A stretch of DNA of 64,000 nt, taken from contig JAGVGM010000349.1 of NCBI GenBank assembly GCA_020057065.1, positions 28,647 through 92,646 on the forward strand, written 5' to 3'. This document shows positions 31,233 to 41,562 of this stretch, one piece after another. The stretch is from Thermodesulfovibrionia bacterium. Lineage in GTDB: Bacteria > Nitrospirota > Thermodesulfovibrionia > UBA6902. The notes under the pieces are model-generated. The model did no database searches, had not been told where the DNA came from, and saw only the letters and a list, made by a program, of their open reading frames with translations. The translations under genes were made by a program, and so were the position numbers. Numbering within the stretch: the first letter of the stretch is position 1; each line of letters starts with the position of its first letter.

Positions 31233-33281
31233 TTAACATTTCGGTCTGAGAAACTGGATGAATTCTTCTGACGGAAGAGGCCTGCTGAAGTGATATCCCT
31301 GGGCTTCGTCGCAGCGGATAGTTTGCAAAAATGCAAGCTGGTTCTCGTTTTCGACACCCTCGGCGATCACTTTCAGTCTCAGTCCCCGCGCCAGGTTGAC
31401 GATGGCATTAGTGATGGTCTTATAATCGGGATCCTCCGGAAAACCGCTGATAAATGATCTGTCTATCTTAAGACTCTGAACAGGCAGTTTTTTCAAATAG
31501 TGCAATGATGAGTATCCCGTGCCGAAGTCGTCTATGCAGAATCTGACCCCGTCGTCGGCAAGTTTTCTGAGATATGGTATGGCAAGTTCAACCTCCTGCA
31601 TTATCGTGCGTTCGGATATCTCGATCCCGAAGTACACGGGAGCAAGACCGGTCTCCTCTAATATCCGGTATACTGTTCCGGCAAAGTCTTTCTGCAGGAA
31701 GTGGCGGGAAGAGAAATTCACCATGACGCTCATAGGTGAATAACCGGCGTCCTGCCATGCCCTGGCCTGCGCGCATGCAGTGTGCATTACCCATTCATCA
31801 ACCTGTGTGATCAGTCCGGTCTCTTCGGCCAGGGGGATGAACTGCATCGGCTGCAGCAAACCCATCTCCGGGTGATGCCATCGCACCAGCGCCTCCGCGC
31901 AAAGTATCTGTCCGGTGTCAATGCTTATCTGGGGCTGGTAGTAAACCTCCAGCTCCCCTGATGTAATGGCCTTGCGCAGGCTGCTAATCATTGTCATCCG
32001 TTCAAGAGCCCGGGTATTCATGGCGGGGTTATAAAACTGGAAATTATTCCTGCCATGTTTCTTGGCGATATACATTGCGGTATCGGCATTTTTCAGCAAT
32101 GTTTCCACATCAGCGCCGTCATGAGGGTAGAGACTGATGCCGATACTTGTTGATATATGAAGAGAATGATTGTCGATCATGAACGGCTGCTGGAAGGTTG
32201 AAATGATCTTCCCGGCAATAGTAACGATGTCCTCTTCATGATTTGTATGCGGCAACAGGATATTGTATTCGTCTCCTCCGATACGGGCAATGGTATCGCT
32301 TTCACGCAGACAGCCCTTCAGACGGCGGGGAACCGCCTTAAGCAGCTGGTCTCCGGCTGCATGCCCAAGGGAATCATTTATTTCCTTGAAGTTGTCGAGG
32401 TCCAGATACAGCACTGCCGCCATATGCTGGTTGCGGGACGCCTGGTTCAGCGCAAGCCTGAGATGGTTTATAAAGAGAAGCCTGTTCGGCAAACCGGTCA
32501 GAACATCATGATACGCAAGGTGCTTTATGGTCTCTTCCATCTGCTTGCGTTCCGTGATATCAACGATCATTCCTGATATTACATCTCCGTTAAGGGTAAA
32601 GCTGAGAAGAAGGTTTTTAGTCTTTCCAGTCCTTGTAACCGCTACTATTTCGAAGTTATTGACATGCCCTGTTTTTTTTAGACGTCCGATTAAATTTTCT
32701 CTCTCTTCCGGGGTTTTATAGAGCGACAGTGCCTGGACCGGTATCATTTCTTCAGGCGTTGCATATTCGAGCATCCTTGCCAGGGCATTATTTACGAAAA
32801 GTATTTCACCCTTGAGATTTGCCTTGTATACACCTACAAGGGCATTGTCCACGAGGTTTTTGTATTTTTCTTCAGATTCAGCAAGCGCATCAAGTATCCG
32901 TTTCCGTTCCATGGCGTACCGCAGCGAATGTAGTAGAAGAGTTCTGTCTATCCGGTCCTTGAGCAGATAATCCTGTATGCCAAGCTGGAGCGCGGAAACA
33001 GCCGTCTCTTCATCGTCAAGTCCGGTGAGCATGACTATCGGCATCTTCGGCGCCACTCTCTTGATCTCAGGAATAGAGTCGAGCCCGCTGCTGTCAGGCA
33101 GGTTCATGTCCAGCAGGATAATGTCAAAAGCGTGTTCCTTAAGTTTTACAAGGCCGTCAGAAAGTGTGCCGGCGTGATCGAACGAGTACGCCAGTTTCAC
33201 CTTACCGAGCATCTCCCGAATGAGCCGTACGTCTCCAGGGTTGTCTTCTATTAGAAGGATATGTGTGTTTTTTCTGTCCAT
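31233..33281 (-). CDS. REC-PAS-GGDEF-EAL c-di-GMP enzyme
   Basis: REC N-terminus, LTGLPNR, GGDEY, EAL, DDFGTGYSS. Confidence 0.92.
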   Translation of the reverse strand: MDRKNTHILLIEDNPGDVRLIREMLGKVKLAYSFDHAGTLSDGLVKLKEHAFDIILLDMNLPDSSGLDSIPEIKRVAPKMPIVMLTGLDDEETAVSALQLGIQDYLLKDRIDRTLLLHSLRYAMERKRILDALAESEEKYKNLVDNALVGVYKANLKGEILFVNNALARMLEYATPEEMIPVQALSLYKTPEERENLIGRLKKTGHVNNFEIVAVTRTGKTKNLLLSFTLNGDVISGMIVDITERKQMEETIKHLAYHDVLTGLPNRLLFINHLRLALNQASRNQHMAAVLYLDLDNFKEINDSLGHAAGDQLLKAVPRRLKGCLRESDTIARIGGDEYNILLPHTNHEEDIVTIAGKIISTFQQPFMIDNHSLHISTSIGISLYPHDGADVETLLKNADTAMYIAKKHGRNNFQFYNPAMNTRALERMTMISSLRKAITSGELEVYYQPQISIDTGQILCAEALVRWHHPEMGLLQPMQFIPLAEETGLITQVDEWVMHTACAQARAWQDAGYSPMSVMVNFSSRHFLQKDFAGTVYRILEETGLAPVYFGIEISERTIMQEVELAIPYLRKLADDGVRFCIDDFGTGYSSLHYLKKLPVQSLKIDRSFISGFPEDPDYKTITNAIVNLARGLRLKVIAEGVENENQLAFLQTIRCDEAQGYHFSRPLPSEEFIQFLRPKC

Positions 33282-33298
33282 GATTATTCACCCCTTGA

Positions 33299-35368
33299 TT
33301 ATTTTATTGGAATTGTAAATTTAAATGTCGAACCCTTTCCTGGTTCCGACTCAACCCATATTCGTCCCCCGTGGCGTTCCACTATCTTCTTGCAGATAGC
33401 CAGTCCGATTCCCGTTCCGGGATACTTCTCCTTTGTGTGAAGACGCTTGAATATGATGAAAATCCTGTCGAAATGTTTAGGGTCGATGCCGATGCCGTTG
33501 TCACGAACCTGAAGGACCCATTCATTTTCTTTCTGTTCAGCAGAAATGTGAACGCGGGGCGTCTCTTTGCCCCGGAATTTGATAGCGTTGGCAATAAGGT
33601 TCTGAAATACCTGTACCATCTGCACTTCGTCCGTATGAACAGACGGCAGGTTTTCATATTTTATATCGGCATGGTTTCTATCAATGACTTTCTTGAGATT
33701 GATGGCTGCTTTATAAAGTGCGGAGTTCAGGTCTGTGAACCCGAAAGGCTCACCGTGTGTCCCAACGCGCGAGTATGTTAGCAGGTCATGCAGGAGCGTT
33801 TGCATGTGGGTTGTTCCATTGACGATAAAGGCAATGAAGTCATCAGCGTTCTGGTCCAGCTTATCTTTATAGCGTTTGCTGATAAGCTGCACATAGCTTG
33901 AGACCATGCGGAGCGGCTCCTGAAGGTCGTGGGATGCGATATAGGCAAATTGTTCAAGCTCCTGATTGGACCTCGAAAGCTCCTCAATCAGCCTTTCACG
34001 TTCTTCCTCTGCCTGCTTGCGCTCGGTAGTATCGCGTATAATGGTGGTGAAAAAAATCCCTTCCTTTGTTTCCCATCTTGCAAGGGAAAGCTCAAGGGGA
34101 AATTCATTGCCGTCTTTTCTCACCCCTGTCGTTTCCAACCTCTTTCCGGAAGTTGTAAGCACCCCTTTTGAAACCGCGCGGTTCATTCCTTTTTGATGAT
34201 ATTCTTTGAACCGTTCCGGCACTATGAATGCAAAGGGTTTGCCTGTTACTTCTTCTGCCATATAACCAAAGATGGTTTCGGCTCCGCTGTTCCAGAAAAT
34301 AATGTTCCCATGACTGTCAGCAGATATGATGGCGTCGCTTGCAGTCTGCGCAACCGAGCGGAACTTTTCTTCGTTGTTTTTCAGTAATTCAAACAGCCTG
34401 CTGTTATAAAGGGCGATTGACGCAAGTTCGCCGAATGCGGCAGACATCCTGGCGTCGTTTTCCGTGAAGCCCCCGGGTTTATTCCCAAGGCCGAGAAGCC
34501 CGACAGTTTCGCCTTTGATTACTAATGGAGCAAACAAAACATTATCAAGCTTTGTATGCCCATCAGGCATAAAGCTCATCCACCTGCTGTGAGAAAAATC
34601 ATTTTCATAAACTGCGTTACCTGTGCGGTAAGCCGTTTCACGCAGTCCCCTGACAGGCATTGCGAGAGACGGGTCTACAGTACAGGGAAGCCCGCCGGAA
34701 TCCAAAAAAAGAACCTCATTCTCCATCCCATCCTTTGATAACAGGGCCACATATCCTGCGGTCGCTCCGATTAAGCTCTTGCATGAACTGAAAATGAGCT
34801 GTGCGGTTTCTTTGAATTCATGCTGGGTTATCACCGCACGGGATGACTCAAGAAGCGCTGTAACTTCAGCCTGGCTCTGTCTTGAATCGTTTAGGGCGAC
34901 CCTGAGTTCCTCGGTCCGCTCTTCAACCCGTCTTTCCAGTTCGTCATGCGAACGCTTCAGTTCCTCCACAGCCCTCCTGCGTTCACGGCGGACTTCAGCT
35001 TCCCGAAGTTCCCGTTCCACAGCAGGAACAAGCCTTGTCAGATTGCCTTTTATAATATAATCGTGCGCCCCTGCTGTCATTGCGCCAACTGCAATATCCT
35101 CGCCGATCTTGCCCGATACAATTATAAACGGAAGGTCCTGACCGCTCTTCTTGAGAATGTTCAAGGCCGCAAGGCCGCTGAATCTGGGCAGTACGTAATC
35201 AGAAATGATTAAGTCCCATTGGCCTTTTTCAAGAGCTGTTTTCATGGATTCAGGAGTTTCGATACGTTCTGATACAAGCTCATACCCGCCCCGCTTAAGT
35301 TCACGGAGCACCAGAAGTGAGTCGTCTTCTGAATCCTCGACGATTAATATGTGGAGTGGTTTAGTCAT
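33299..35368 (-). CDS. Hybrid sensor kinase (REC-GAF-PAS-HisKA-HATPase)
   Basis: ASHDLQEPLR, NLIANAIKF, GTGIGL. Confidence 0.9.
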   Translation of the reverse strand: MTKPLHILIVEDSEDDSLLVLRELKRGGYELVSERIETPESMKTALEKGQWDLIISDYVLPRFSGLAALNILKKSGQDLPFIIVSGKIGEDIAVGAMTAGAHDYIIKGNLTRLVPAVERELREAEVRRERRRAVEELKRSHDELERRVEERTEELRVALNDSRQSQAEVTALLESSRAVITQHEFKETAQLIFSSCKSLIGATAGYVALLSKDGMENEVLFLDSGGLPCTVDPSLAMPVRGLRETAYRTGNAVYENDFSHSRWMSFMPDGHTKLDNVLFAPLVIKGETVGLLGLGNKPGGFTENDARMSAAFGELASIALYNSRLFELLKNNEEKFRSVAQTASDAIISADSHGNIIFWNSGAETIFGYMAEEVTGKPFAFIVPERFKEYHQKGMNRAVSKGVLTTSGKRLETTGVRKDGNEFPLELSLARWETKEGIFFTTIIRDTTERKQAEEERERLIEELSRSNQELEQFAYIASHDLQEPLRMVSSYVQLISKRYKDKLDQNADDFIAFIVNGTTHMQTLLHDLLTYSRVGTHGEPFGFTDLNSALYKAAINLKKVIDRNHADIKYENLPSVHTDEVQMVQVFQNLIANAIKFRGKETPRVHISAEQKENEWVLQVRDNGIGIDPKHFDRIFIIFKRLHTKEKYPGTGIGLAICKKIVERHGGRIWVESEPGKGSTFKFTIPIK

Positions 35369-35458
35369 AGGTTAACTTCATAACTCCCCCTGGCCCCCTC
35401 TTAACGTAAGAGGGGGGAATTCCCCTCCCCCTTAGGTTAAGGGGGACTGAGGGGGTTT

Positions 35459-35890
35459 TTAAGGCGCCTCATTCAAAACCAGCCAGTAAAGCCCCAACTG
35501 CTGCACGGCATCTACAAACTGATTAAAGTCCACCGGCTTGCGGATATAACTGTTTGCGCCCAGCTTGTAGCTGTCGACCTTGTCTTTATCCTCGCTTGAT
35601 GTGGTGAGAATGACGACCGGGAGGAGTTTCGTCCTTTCATTTGCCCGTATGCGGTGCAGAACTTCCAGACCATCCATCTTCGGCATTTTCAGGTCGAGCA
35701 GTACCACCTGAGGCATTATGCCCGTGTCGCGCCCGGCAAACTTGCCCGTACCGAAAAGATAGTCCATCGCCTCGACACCGTCCCCTACCACAATCACTTC
35801 GTTCATGATATTGCTTTTTTTAAGCGCTCGCAGCGTCAGCTTAACGTCATCAGGGTTGTCTTCCACTAAAAGAATGATCTTGTTTTTCAT
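35459..35890 (-). CDS. Single-domain response regulator (Rcp1-like)
   Basis: LLVEDNPDD, LLDLKMPKMDG, GANSYIRKPVDF. Confidence 0.92.
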   Translation of the reverse strand: MKNKIILLVEDNPDDVKLTLRALKKSNIMNEVIVVGDGVEAMDYLFGTGKFAGRDTGIMPQVVLLDLKMPKMDGLEVLHRIRANERTKLLPVVILTTSSEDKDKVDSYKLGANSYIRKPVDFNQFVDAVQQLGLYWLVLNEAP

Positions 35891-35994
35891 TTCGTTCTCC
35901 TTAAAGATTAAGTAACTCCCCCTGACCCCCTCTTACCCTAAGAGGGGGAAATTTTCCTCCCCGTTAAGTTAAGGGGGACTGAGGGGGTTATTTA

Positions 35995-37866
35995 TTATAA
36001 CGTAAAATACGCCGTAGTTCCCTTCCCCTCCTCTGCCTCGATCCACACGGTTCCGCCGTGGCGGTTTATAATGCGCTTCACCGTGGCGAGGCCGATACCT
36101 GTGCCGGGGAATTCATTTACGGAATGAAGCCGCTGAAAGGGGCTGAACATCTTGCCCGCATATGACATGTCAAAACCGACACCGTTGTCCTTTACAAAAT
36201 ATGCCTGTTTGCCTTCATGCTGAGTAACTCCGAATTCTATCACGGCACACGGATTTTTTCCGGTAAACTTCCATGCATTGCCGAGAAGGTTCTCCAGCAC
36301 AACGGTCAGCAAATGCTCATCTCCTTGTGCAACAAGGCCTTCGGCGATATTGAACTCCGCCTGCCGTTCAGGCTGCGTTTTCCTGAGCATGTCTGCAATC
36401 TTTCCGGCAAGCTCGCTCAGCTTTACCTCTTCGCGTCTCATCTCTGCCCGTGACACACGGGACAGATTTAACAAATCGTCAATGAGCCGGCCCATTCTAT
36501 GCGTGGCAGTGAGTATTCGCTCAAGGGAATCCCTGCCTTCCGCGTTCAGTTTATCCGCATAGTCTTCAAACAGCACCTGACTGAACCCGGCAACGCTTCT
36601 GAGCGGCGCGCGCAGGTCGTGGGACACGGAATAGCTGAAGGCCTCAAGTTCCGTGTTGGCGGCTTCGAGCTGCAAGACATGATGTTTTAGCTCTTCATTC
36701 AGTGTGCTTATTTCCTGGTTGCGCTGAAAGATTTCTCCCTGGGACCTTTTTAAATTCTGCGTCATTGAATCTATCAATCTCGAAAGATGCCCGACTTCAT
36801 CCTTTGCCTCTGTTCCAACCCTGTAATCAAGATTGCCGCTGCCGATTATTTCCGTGCCCTTCTGTAACGCCAGGACAGGTCTGGTGATTCCTTTGGCAAT
36901 TACTATTGCCGCAAGCGCTCCTGCTATCAGAATTATAATCTCTATAGAGACAATAATATTTCTCAGCCGGTCAACCGGCGCAAATGCCTCCGGAGCGTCG
37001 ATCTTTGTTACCAGTCCCCACCGCAAAGAAGGTATATAGCGCCAGGCAGCCATCACCTCAACACCATAGTAATCAGTTGTGACGCCGGACCCGTTATTTC
37101 CCTGCACAGCTTGTTGTGCCGGGAATCCGGCTTTCTCAGCAAAACTTGATTTCCTCTTCAAAGCGGCTTCCGGGTCATGACGCAGAGGGCTTAAAAACAG
37201 GGCTGTATCCCCTTCTTTTTTTGCAATCAATACTTCACCTGTCTCGCCAAGGCCTGTCGGGTCGGATGTAAAGTTGTAAATGGGCTCCATATCTATATCA
37301 ATAATCATCTCCCCGATGAACTTCCCGTCAAAGCCCTTTAACGGCGCTGCCGCTATCATACCGAAACGTCCTGTCGTCTGTCTTTTGGTGACATCGGAAA
37401 AATAAATATCTTTTTTACCTTCTTCGTAAATTTTTCTCTCCGGAAAAGGTTTGCCCAGGTAGTCCGCTTCATAGGCGTTATCGCTGCTGTACAGGAGCAC
37501 TCCTTCCGGATTTGTAAGCAGTACATTTAAATATCCATATGATTTTTGAAATTCCGATATTTGCCTGTCCAGGTCTTCATGAGATTTATTATGTGAAAGG
37601 CTTGCCCTGTCGTGGAGTCGCCTGTCCAGCAACGGCAGGTTGAGTTTAATAATGTAAAAATATTGTGCGGCCCTGATATCGGCTTCCCTCTCACGGAAAA
37701 AAGTCTCGAGCTTGTCCTTTTTCAAATCAGCGATGTTGTTTAATTGCGCAATCCTGACAGTCATTAATGAGTTCCTGGCGTTCGACAAAACCATCAGGCC
37801 GAAAACAAATACAGGTATAAATATAAATGCGACTAATATGATAATCAGTTTTGTTCTAATGGACAT
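35995..37866 (-). CDS. Membrane sensor histidine kinase (Cache-HAMP-HisKA-HATPase)
   Basis: Two TM helices, HAMP DEVGHL, SHDLRAPLR, NLLGNAWKF. Confidence 0.9.
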   Translation of the reverse strand: MSIRTKLIIILVAFIFIPVFVFGLMVLSNARNSLMTVRIAQLNNIADLKKDKLETFFREREADIRAAQYFYIIKLNLPLLDRRLHDRASLSHNKSHEDLDRQISEFQKSYGYLNVLLTNPEGVLLYSSDNAYEADYLGKPFPERKIYEEGKKDIYFSDVTKRQTTGRFGMIAAAPLKGFDGKFIGEMIIDIDMEPIYNFTSDPTGLGETGEVLIAKKEGDTALFLSPLRHDPEAALKRKSSFAEKAGFPAQQAVQGNNGSGVTTDYYGVEVMAAWRYIPSLRWGLVTKIDAPEAFAPVDRLRNIIVSIEIIILIAGALAAIVIAKGITRPVLALQKGTEIIGSGNLDYRVGTEAKDEVGHLSRLIDSMTQNLKRSQGEIFQRNQEISTLNEELKHHVLQLEAANTELEAFSYSVSHDLRAPLRSVAGFSQVLFEDYADKLNAEGRDSLERILTATHRMGRLIDDLLNLSRVSRAEMRREEVKLSELAGKIADMLRKTQPERQAEFNIAEGLVAQGDEHLLTVVLENLLGNAWKFTGKNPCAVIEFGVTQHEGKQAYFVKDNGVGFDMSYAGKMFSPFQRLHSVNEFPGTGIGLATVKRIINRHGGTVWIEAEEGKGTTAYFTL

Positions 37867-37986
37867 ATGCCTTTTGCTCCTTACAGCTCTTCATGCCGGT
37901 TAATAAATTGAATCTGGCGTATTCCCTTTGGAAAATTATACCATGCTCACAAAAACCTGGCACGCACTGGTATAATTAAAAACATC

Positions 37987-39372
37987 ATGGCCTTTAACAT
38001 CTTTAAAAAGAAAAAAGAGGAGCCCTTTCCCCTTCCGGACAGGGTTTCAACTGATAAAGAGGAGCTTTTTTGTTACAGTTTTGATGCCTCTTCAAACCAG
38101 GGTGAGCCGTCCGCAGTCGTAAAACCTGTAAGTACTGACGAGGTCTCACAGATGGTTGCATTTGCAAACAAACAAAGGACGCCGATCGTACCGCGCGGCG
38201 CCGGAACGGGAATGACCGGCGGCGCTGTACCGGTAAAAGATGCGATCATACTTTCTCTCGACGGCATGAACAGGATTTTGGAGATCGATGAAAAAAATAT
38301 GATCGCAATTGTAGAGCCTGGAGTGATCAATGGCCATTTGCAGGAGAAGCTGGAGGCAAAAGGGCTTTTCTATCCGCCGGACCCTGCAAGCATGAACTTC
38401 TGCACTCTCGGCGGAAACGTCGCTGAAAACGCAGGCGGGCCGAGGGCTATAAAGTATGGAGTTACAAGAGATTACGTGCTCGGACTTGAAGTAGTTCTTC
38501 CTGACGGCAGGGTGATGATGACAGGAGGGAAGACATATAAGAACGTAGTCGGATATGATTTGACACGGCTTATCGTTGGTTCGGAAGGGACCTTATGCGT
38601 TGTAACAAAAATATTTTTTAAAATACTGCCTCTCCCTGCGGAAACAATGACACTCTTATGTACATATTCAACAATAAATGATGCAGCTTTAACAATATCT
38701 AAAATTAATTCTTCCGGAATAATTCCAAGGGTACTGGAGTTCATGGATAATGAATCGATCAAGGCTGTAGAAAATTACAGGAAATTCGGATTGCCGACAG
38801 ATGCGGAAGCGTTATTATTAATTGAAGTTGATGGCTCGCATGCGTCGGTCTCTGAAGAGGCTGATAAGATCGCTTCCATCTGCGCTTCACTGAACGGCAA
38901 AGTAAGTATTGCTGAAGACATGTTTGCAAAAAAGCGTATATGGGAGGCGAGGAGGGCGATATCACCTGCTCTTTACCGCATTAAACCAACAAAGATAAAT
39001 GAGGACATCGTTGTTCCCCGTGGAAGAATTCCTGAGATGCTTCAGGCGTTAAAAGAGATCTCAGAGAAATATGATCTGAAAATAGTAAACTTCGGCCACG
39101 CAGGAGACGGCAATATTCATGTGAATGTAATGACGGATAAAAATGATAAAGAGGAATATGAAAAGGCCCACAAAGCAGTTGAAGATATTTTCAAAGCCAC
39201 CATCAGGCTCGAGGGCACGATATCAGGAGAACATGGAGTAGGGCTCACAAAGAAGCAATATATAGGCATGGAACTTTCAGATACGAGCATTGAATTAATG
39301 AAGGCGATTAAAAAAACGTTTGATCCGAACGGGATAATGAATCCGGGGAAGATGTTCCCTGCTAAACCGTAA
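37987..39372 (+). CDS. glcD: FAD-linked oxidase, glycolate oxidase subunit D-like
   Basis: PRGAGTGMTGG, YPPDPAS, GHAGDGNIH, ISGEHGVG, NPGK. Confidence 0.85.
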   Translation: MAFNIFKKKKEEPFPLPDRVSTDKEELFCYSFDASSNQGEPSAVVKPVSTDEVSQMVAFANKQRTPIVPRGAGTGMTGGAVPVKDAIILSLDGMNRILEIDEKNMIAIVEPGVINGHLQEKLEAKGLFYPPDPASMNFCTLGGNVAENAGGPRAIKYGVTRDYVLGLEVVLPDGRVMMTGGKTYKNVVGYDLTRLIVGSEGTLCVVTKIFFKILPLPAETMTLLCTYSTINDAALTISKINSSGIIPRVLEFMDNESIKAVENYRKFGLPTDAEALLLIEVDGSHASVSEEADKIASICASLNGKVSIAEDMFAKKRIWEARRAISPALYRIKPTKINEDIVVPRGRIPEMLQALKEISEKYDLKIVNFGHAGDGNIHVNVMTDKNDKEEYEKAHKAVEDIFKATIRLEGTISGEHGVGLTKKQYIGMELSDTSIELMKAIKKTFDPNGIMNPGKMFPAKP

Positions 39373-39515
39373 CATTCTAAATTTAAAGAGAAAAACATAA
39401 ATCGGGAGGCAGGTTTTTTTAGGGCTTTAATTTTTGTCTTTTATCGGCTAAAATATCAAGCTAAATAAGAATATCAATTAAAATATAAAATAATTAAAAC
39501 AGGAGACTAAACATT

Positions 39516-39974
39516 ATGAAAGTTATTTTAAAAGAAGATGTAAAGAACCTCGGAATTATGGGAAGTGTTGTTGATGTTGCTAACGGTTACGGGAGGAATT
39601 ATCTTATTCCGAGAAACCTTGCTGTAGAAGCAAACCCTAAAAATCTGAATCAGATAAAACACGAGAAAGATATCATTGAAATCAAGTCCAAAAAGATAAT
39701 CAGATCTGCAGAGGACCTGGCAAAGCAGGTATCGGGTATAACATTGAGCATAGAAGCACAAAGCGGAGAAGATGACAAGTTGTTTGGTTCCGTGACTTCC
39801 ATGGATATTGCTGAGGCTCTTTCAAAGCAGGGAGTAGAGATCGACAAACGCAAAATCAACCTTGAAGAGCCTATCAAGAGACTCGGGACCTATACCGTAT
39901 CAGTCAAGATTCATCATGATGTTTCGGCAAATGTAACTGTTGAGGTTAAAAAAGCCGTTTCAGCAGAAGCATAG
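39516..39974 (+). CDS. rplI: 50S ribosomal protein L9
   Basis: MKVIL...VANGYGRNYLIP...KLFGSVT. Confidence 0.97.
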   Translation: MKVILKEDVKNLGIMGSVVDVANGYGRNYLIPRNLAVEANPKNLNQIKHEKDIIEIKSKKIIRSAEDLAKQVSGITLSIEAQSGEDDKLFGSVTSMDIAEALSKQGVEIDKRKINLEEPIKRLGTYTVSVKIHHDVSANVTVEVKKAVSAEA

Positions 39975-39983
39975 GAATTTCAA

Positions 39984-41372
39984 ATGCTTGAACATACCCG
40001 TCATGACAGCGGCGTAGTCAGCGGCGCAAAGCGGCAGGGATCCGACTATGATCGTTTGCCTCCTCAGAACATCGAAGCTGAACAGTCTGTTCTCGGAGCA
40101 GTTTTGCTTGACAATGAGGCAATCGCCACTGCTATCGAACACCTCACATCAAACGATTTTTACAAAGATTCCCACAAAAAAATATTCGTTGCAATGCTGG
40201 ACCTGTATGAAAAGAACGAGCCGATCGACCTGATAACCCTTACCGAACAGTTGAACAGAAAGGAACAGCTTGAAGAGATCGGAGGGGCCTCATATCTGAG
40301 TTCAATTGTTAATCTGGTGCCTACCTCAGCAAATATCCGCTACCATGCAAAGATAGTAAAAGAAAAGGCTATCCTCAGAAATCTGATCACAACCGCTACC
40401 GAAATTATAACTTCATGTTATGATGCCGAGGGTGATGTCAACGAGCTTTTAGACGGCGCTGAGACAAAAATATTCAGTATCTCCGAAAAAATGGTAAGGA
40501 GTTCATACGTCCATGTAAAAAATGTGATAAAAGACACTATCGAGCTTGTGGACCGGCTCTATAACAAGAAAGAACTTATAACAGGACTTCCTACGGGTTT
40601 CACGGATCTTGATGAGGCGACAACAGGATTTAATAAAGGCGATCTGATAGTGATCGGAGCGAGGCCGGGTATGGGCAAGACTGCTTTTTGCCTTAACATC
40701 GTTACGCATATCGGGCAGGAAGTGAAATCGCCTATTGCGGTTTTCAGCCTTGAAATGACAAAAGAACAGATCGTCCTGAGAATGTTATGCTCTGAGGCTG
40801 AAGTCGATTCAAAAGCTGTTCGTTCAGGATATCACAGCAAGGAAGATTACAGGAAACTTGTAAATGCAGCCGGCAGGCTGGCTGACGCCCCTATTTATAT
40901 TGATGATTCGTTCAATTCAATCCTCGAAATAAGGGCCAAGGCAAGACGTCTGAAGGCAGAACACGGCTTAGGACTTGTGGTAGTTGATTACCTTCAGCTT
41001 ATGAGCGGCGTGAACACATTTGCTGCGAGGGAACAGGTAATATCTGATATATCCCGCTCCTTAAAGGCGCTTGCAAAGGATTTGTCAGTGCCGGTCATTG
41101 TCATCAGCCAGCTTAACAGAAGCTGTGAACAGAGAGGGGAAAATAAACGCCCGATAATTGCTGACCTGAGAGAATCGGGAGCCATTGAGCAGGATGCGGA
41201 CATAATTTTATTTCTTTACAGAGATGATTATTACAAAACAAAAGATGCCAGGGAAGGCGTGGCCGAGCTGAACATTGCGAAACAGAGGAACGGCCCTATT
41301 AAGACGATTGAACTTGCTTTTATAGATAAGTTTACGAAGTTTAAAAATTTGTCTCATATTGATGGGTATTAA
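39984..41372 (+). CDS. dnaB: Replicative DNA helicase
   Basis: PPQNIEAEQSVLG, GARPGMGKT, VDYLQLM, DLRESGAIEQDAD, KQRNGP. Confidence 0.97.
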   Translation: MLEHTRHDSGVVSGAKRQGSDYDRLPPQNIEAEQSVLGAVLLDNEAIATAIEHLTSNDFYKDSHKKIFVAMLDLYEKNEPIDLITLTEQLNRKEQLEEIGGASYLSSIVNLVPTSANIRYHAKIVKEKAILRNLITTATEIITSCYDAEGDVNELLDGAETKIFSISEKMVRSSYVHVKNVIKDTIELVDRLYNKKELITGLPTGFTDLDEATTGFNKGDLIVIGARPGMGKTAFCLNIVTHIGQEVKSPIAVFSLEMTKEQIVLRMLCSEAEVDSKAVRSGYHSKEDYRKLVNAAGRLADAPIYIDDSFNSILEIRAKARRLKAEHGLGLVVVDYLQLMSGVNTFAAREQVISDISRSLKALAKDLSVPVIVISQLNRSCEQRGENKRPIIADLRESGAIEQDADIILFLYRDDYYKTKDAREGVAELNIAKQRNGPIKTIELAFIDKFTKFKNLSHIDGY

Positions 41373-41562
41373 TGAATTAGTACAAACGCAAAAAGTTTTG
41401 TTACAGTTTATAAAATCTCCCCTAACCCCTCTTTGTCAAAGAGGGGGATAAATTCCCCCTTTGAAAAAGGGGGATGAAGGGGGATTTTGTAACTTTATTT
41501 TATTACATTTGTATTAGGAATTAAGGAATTTTTTATTCCATAATTCCTAATAATTATTAATT

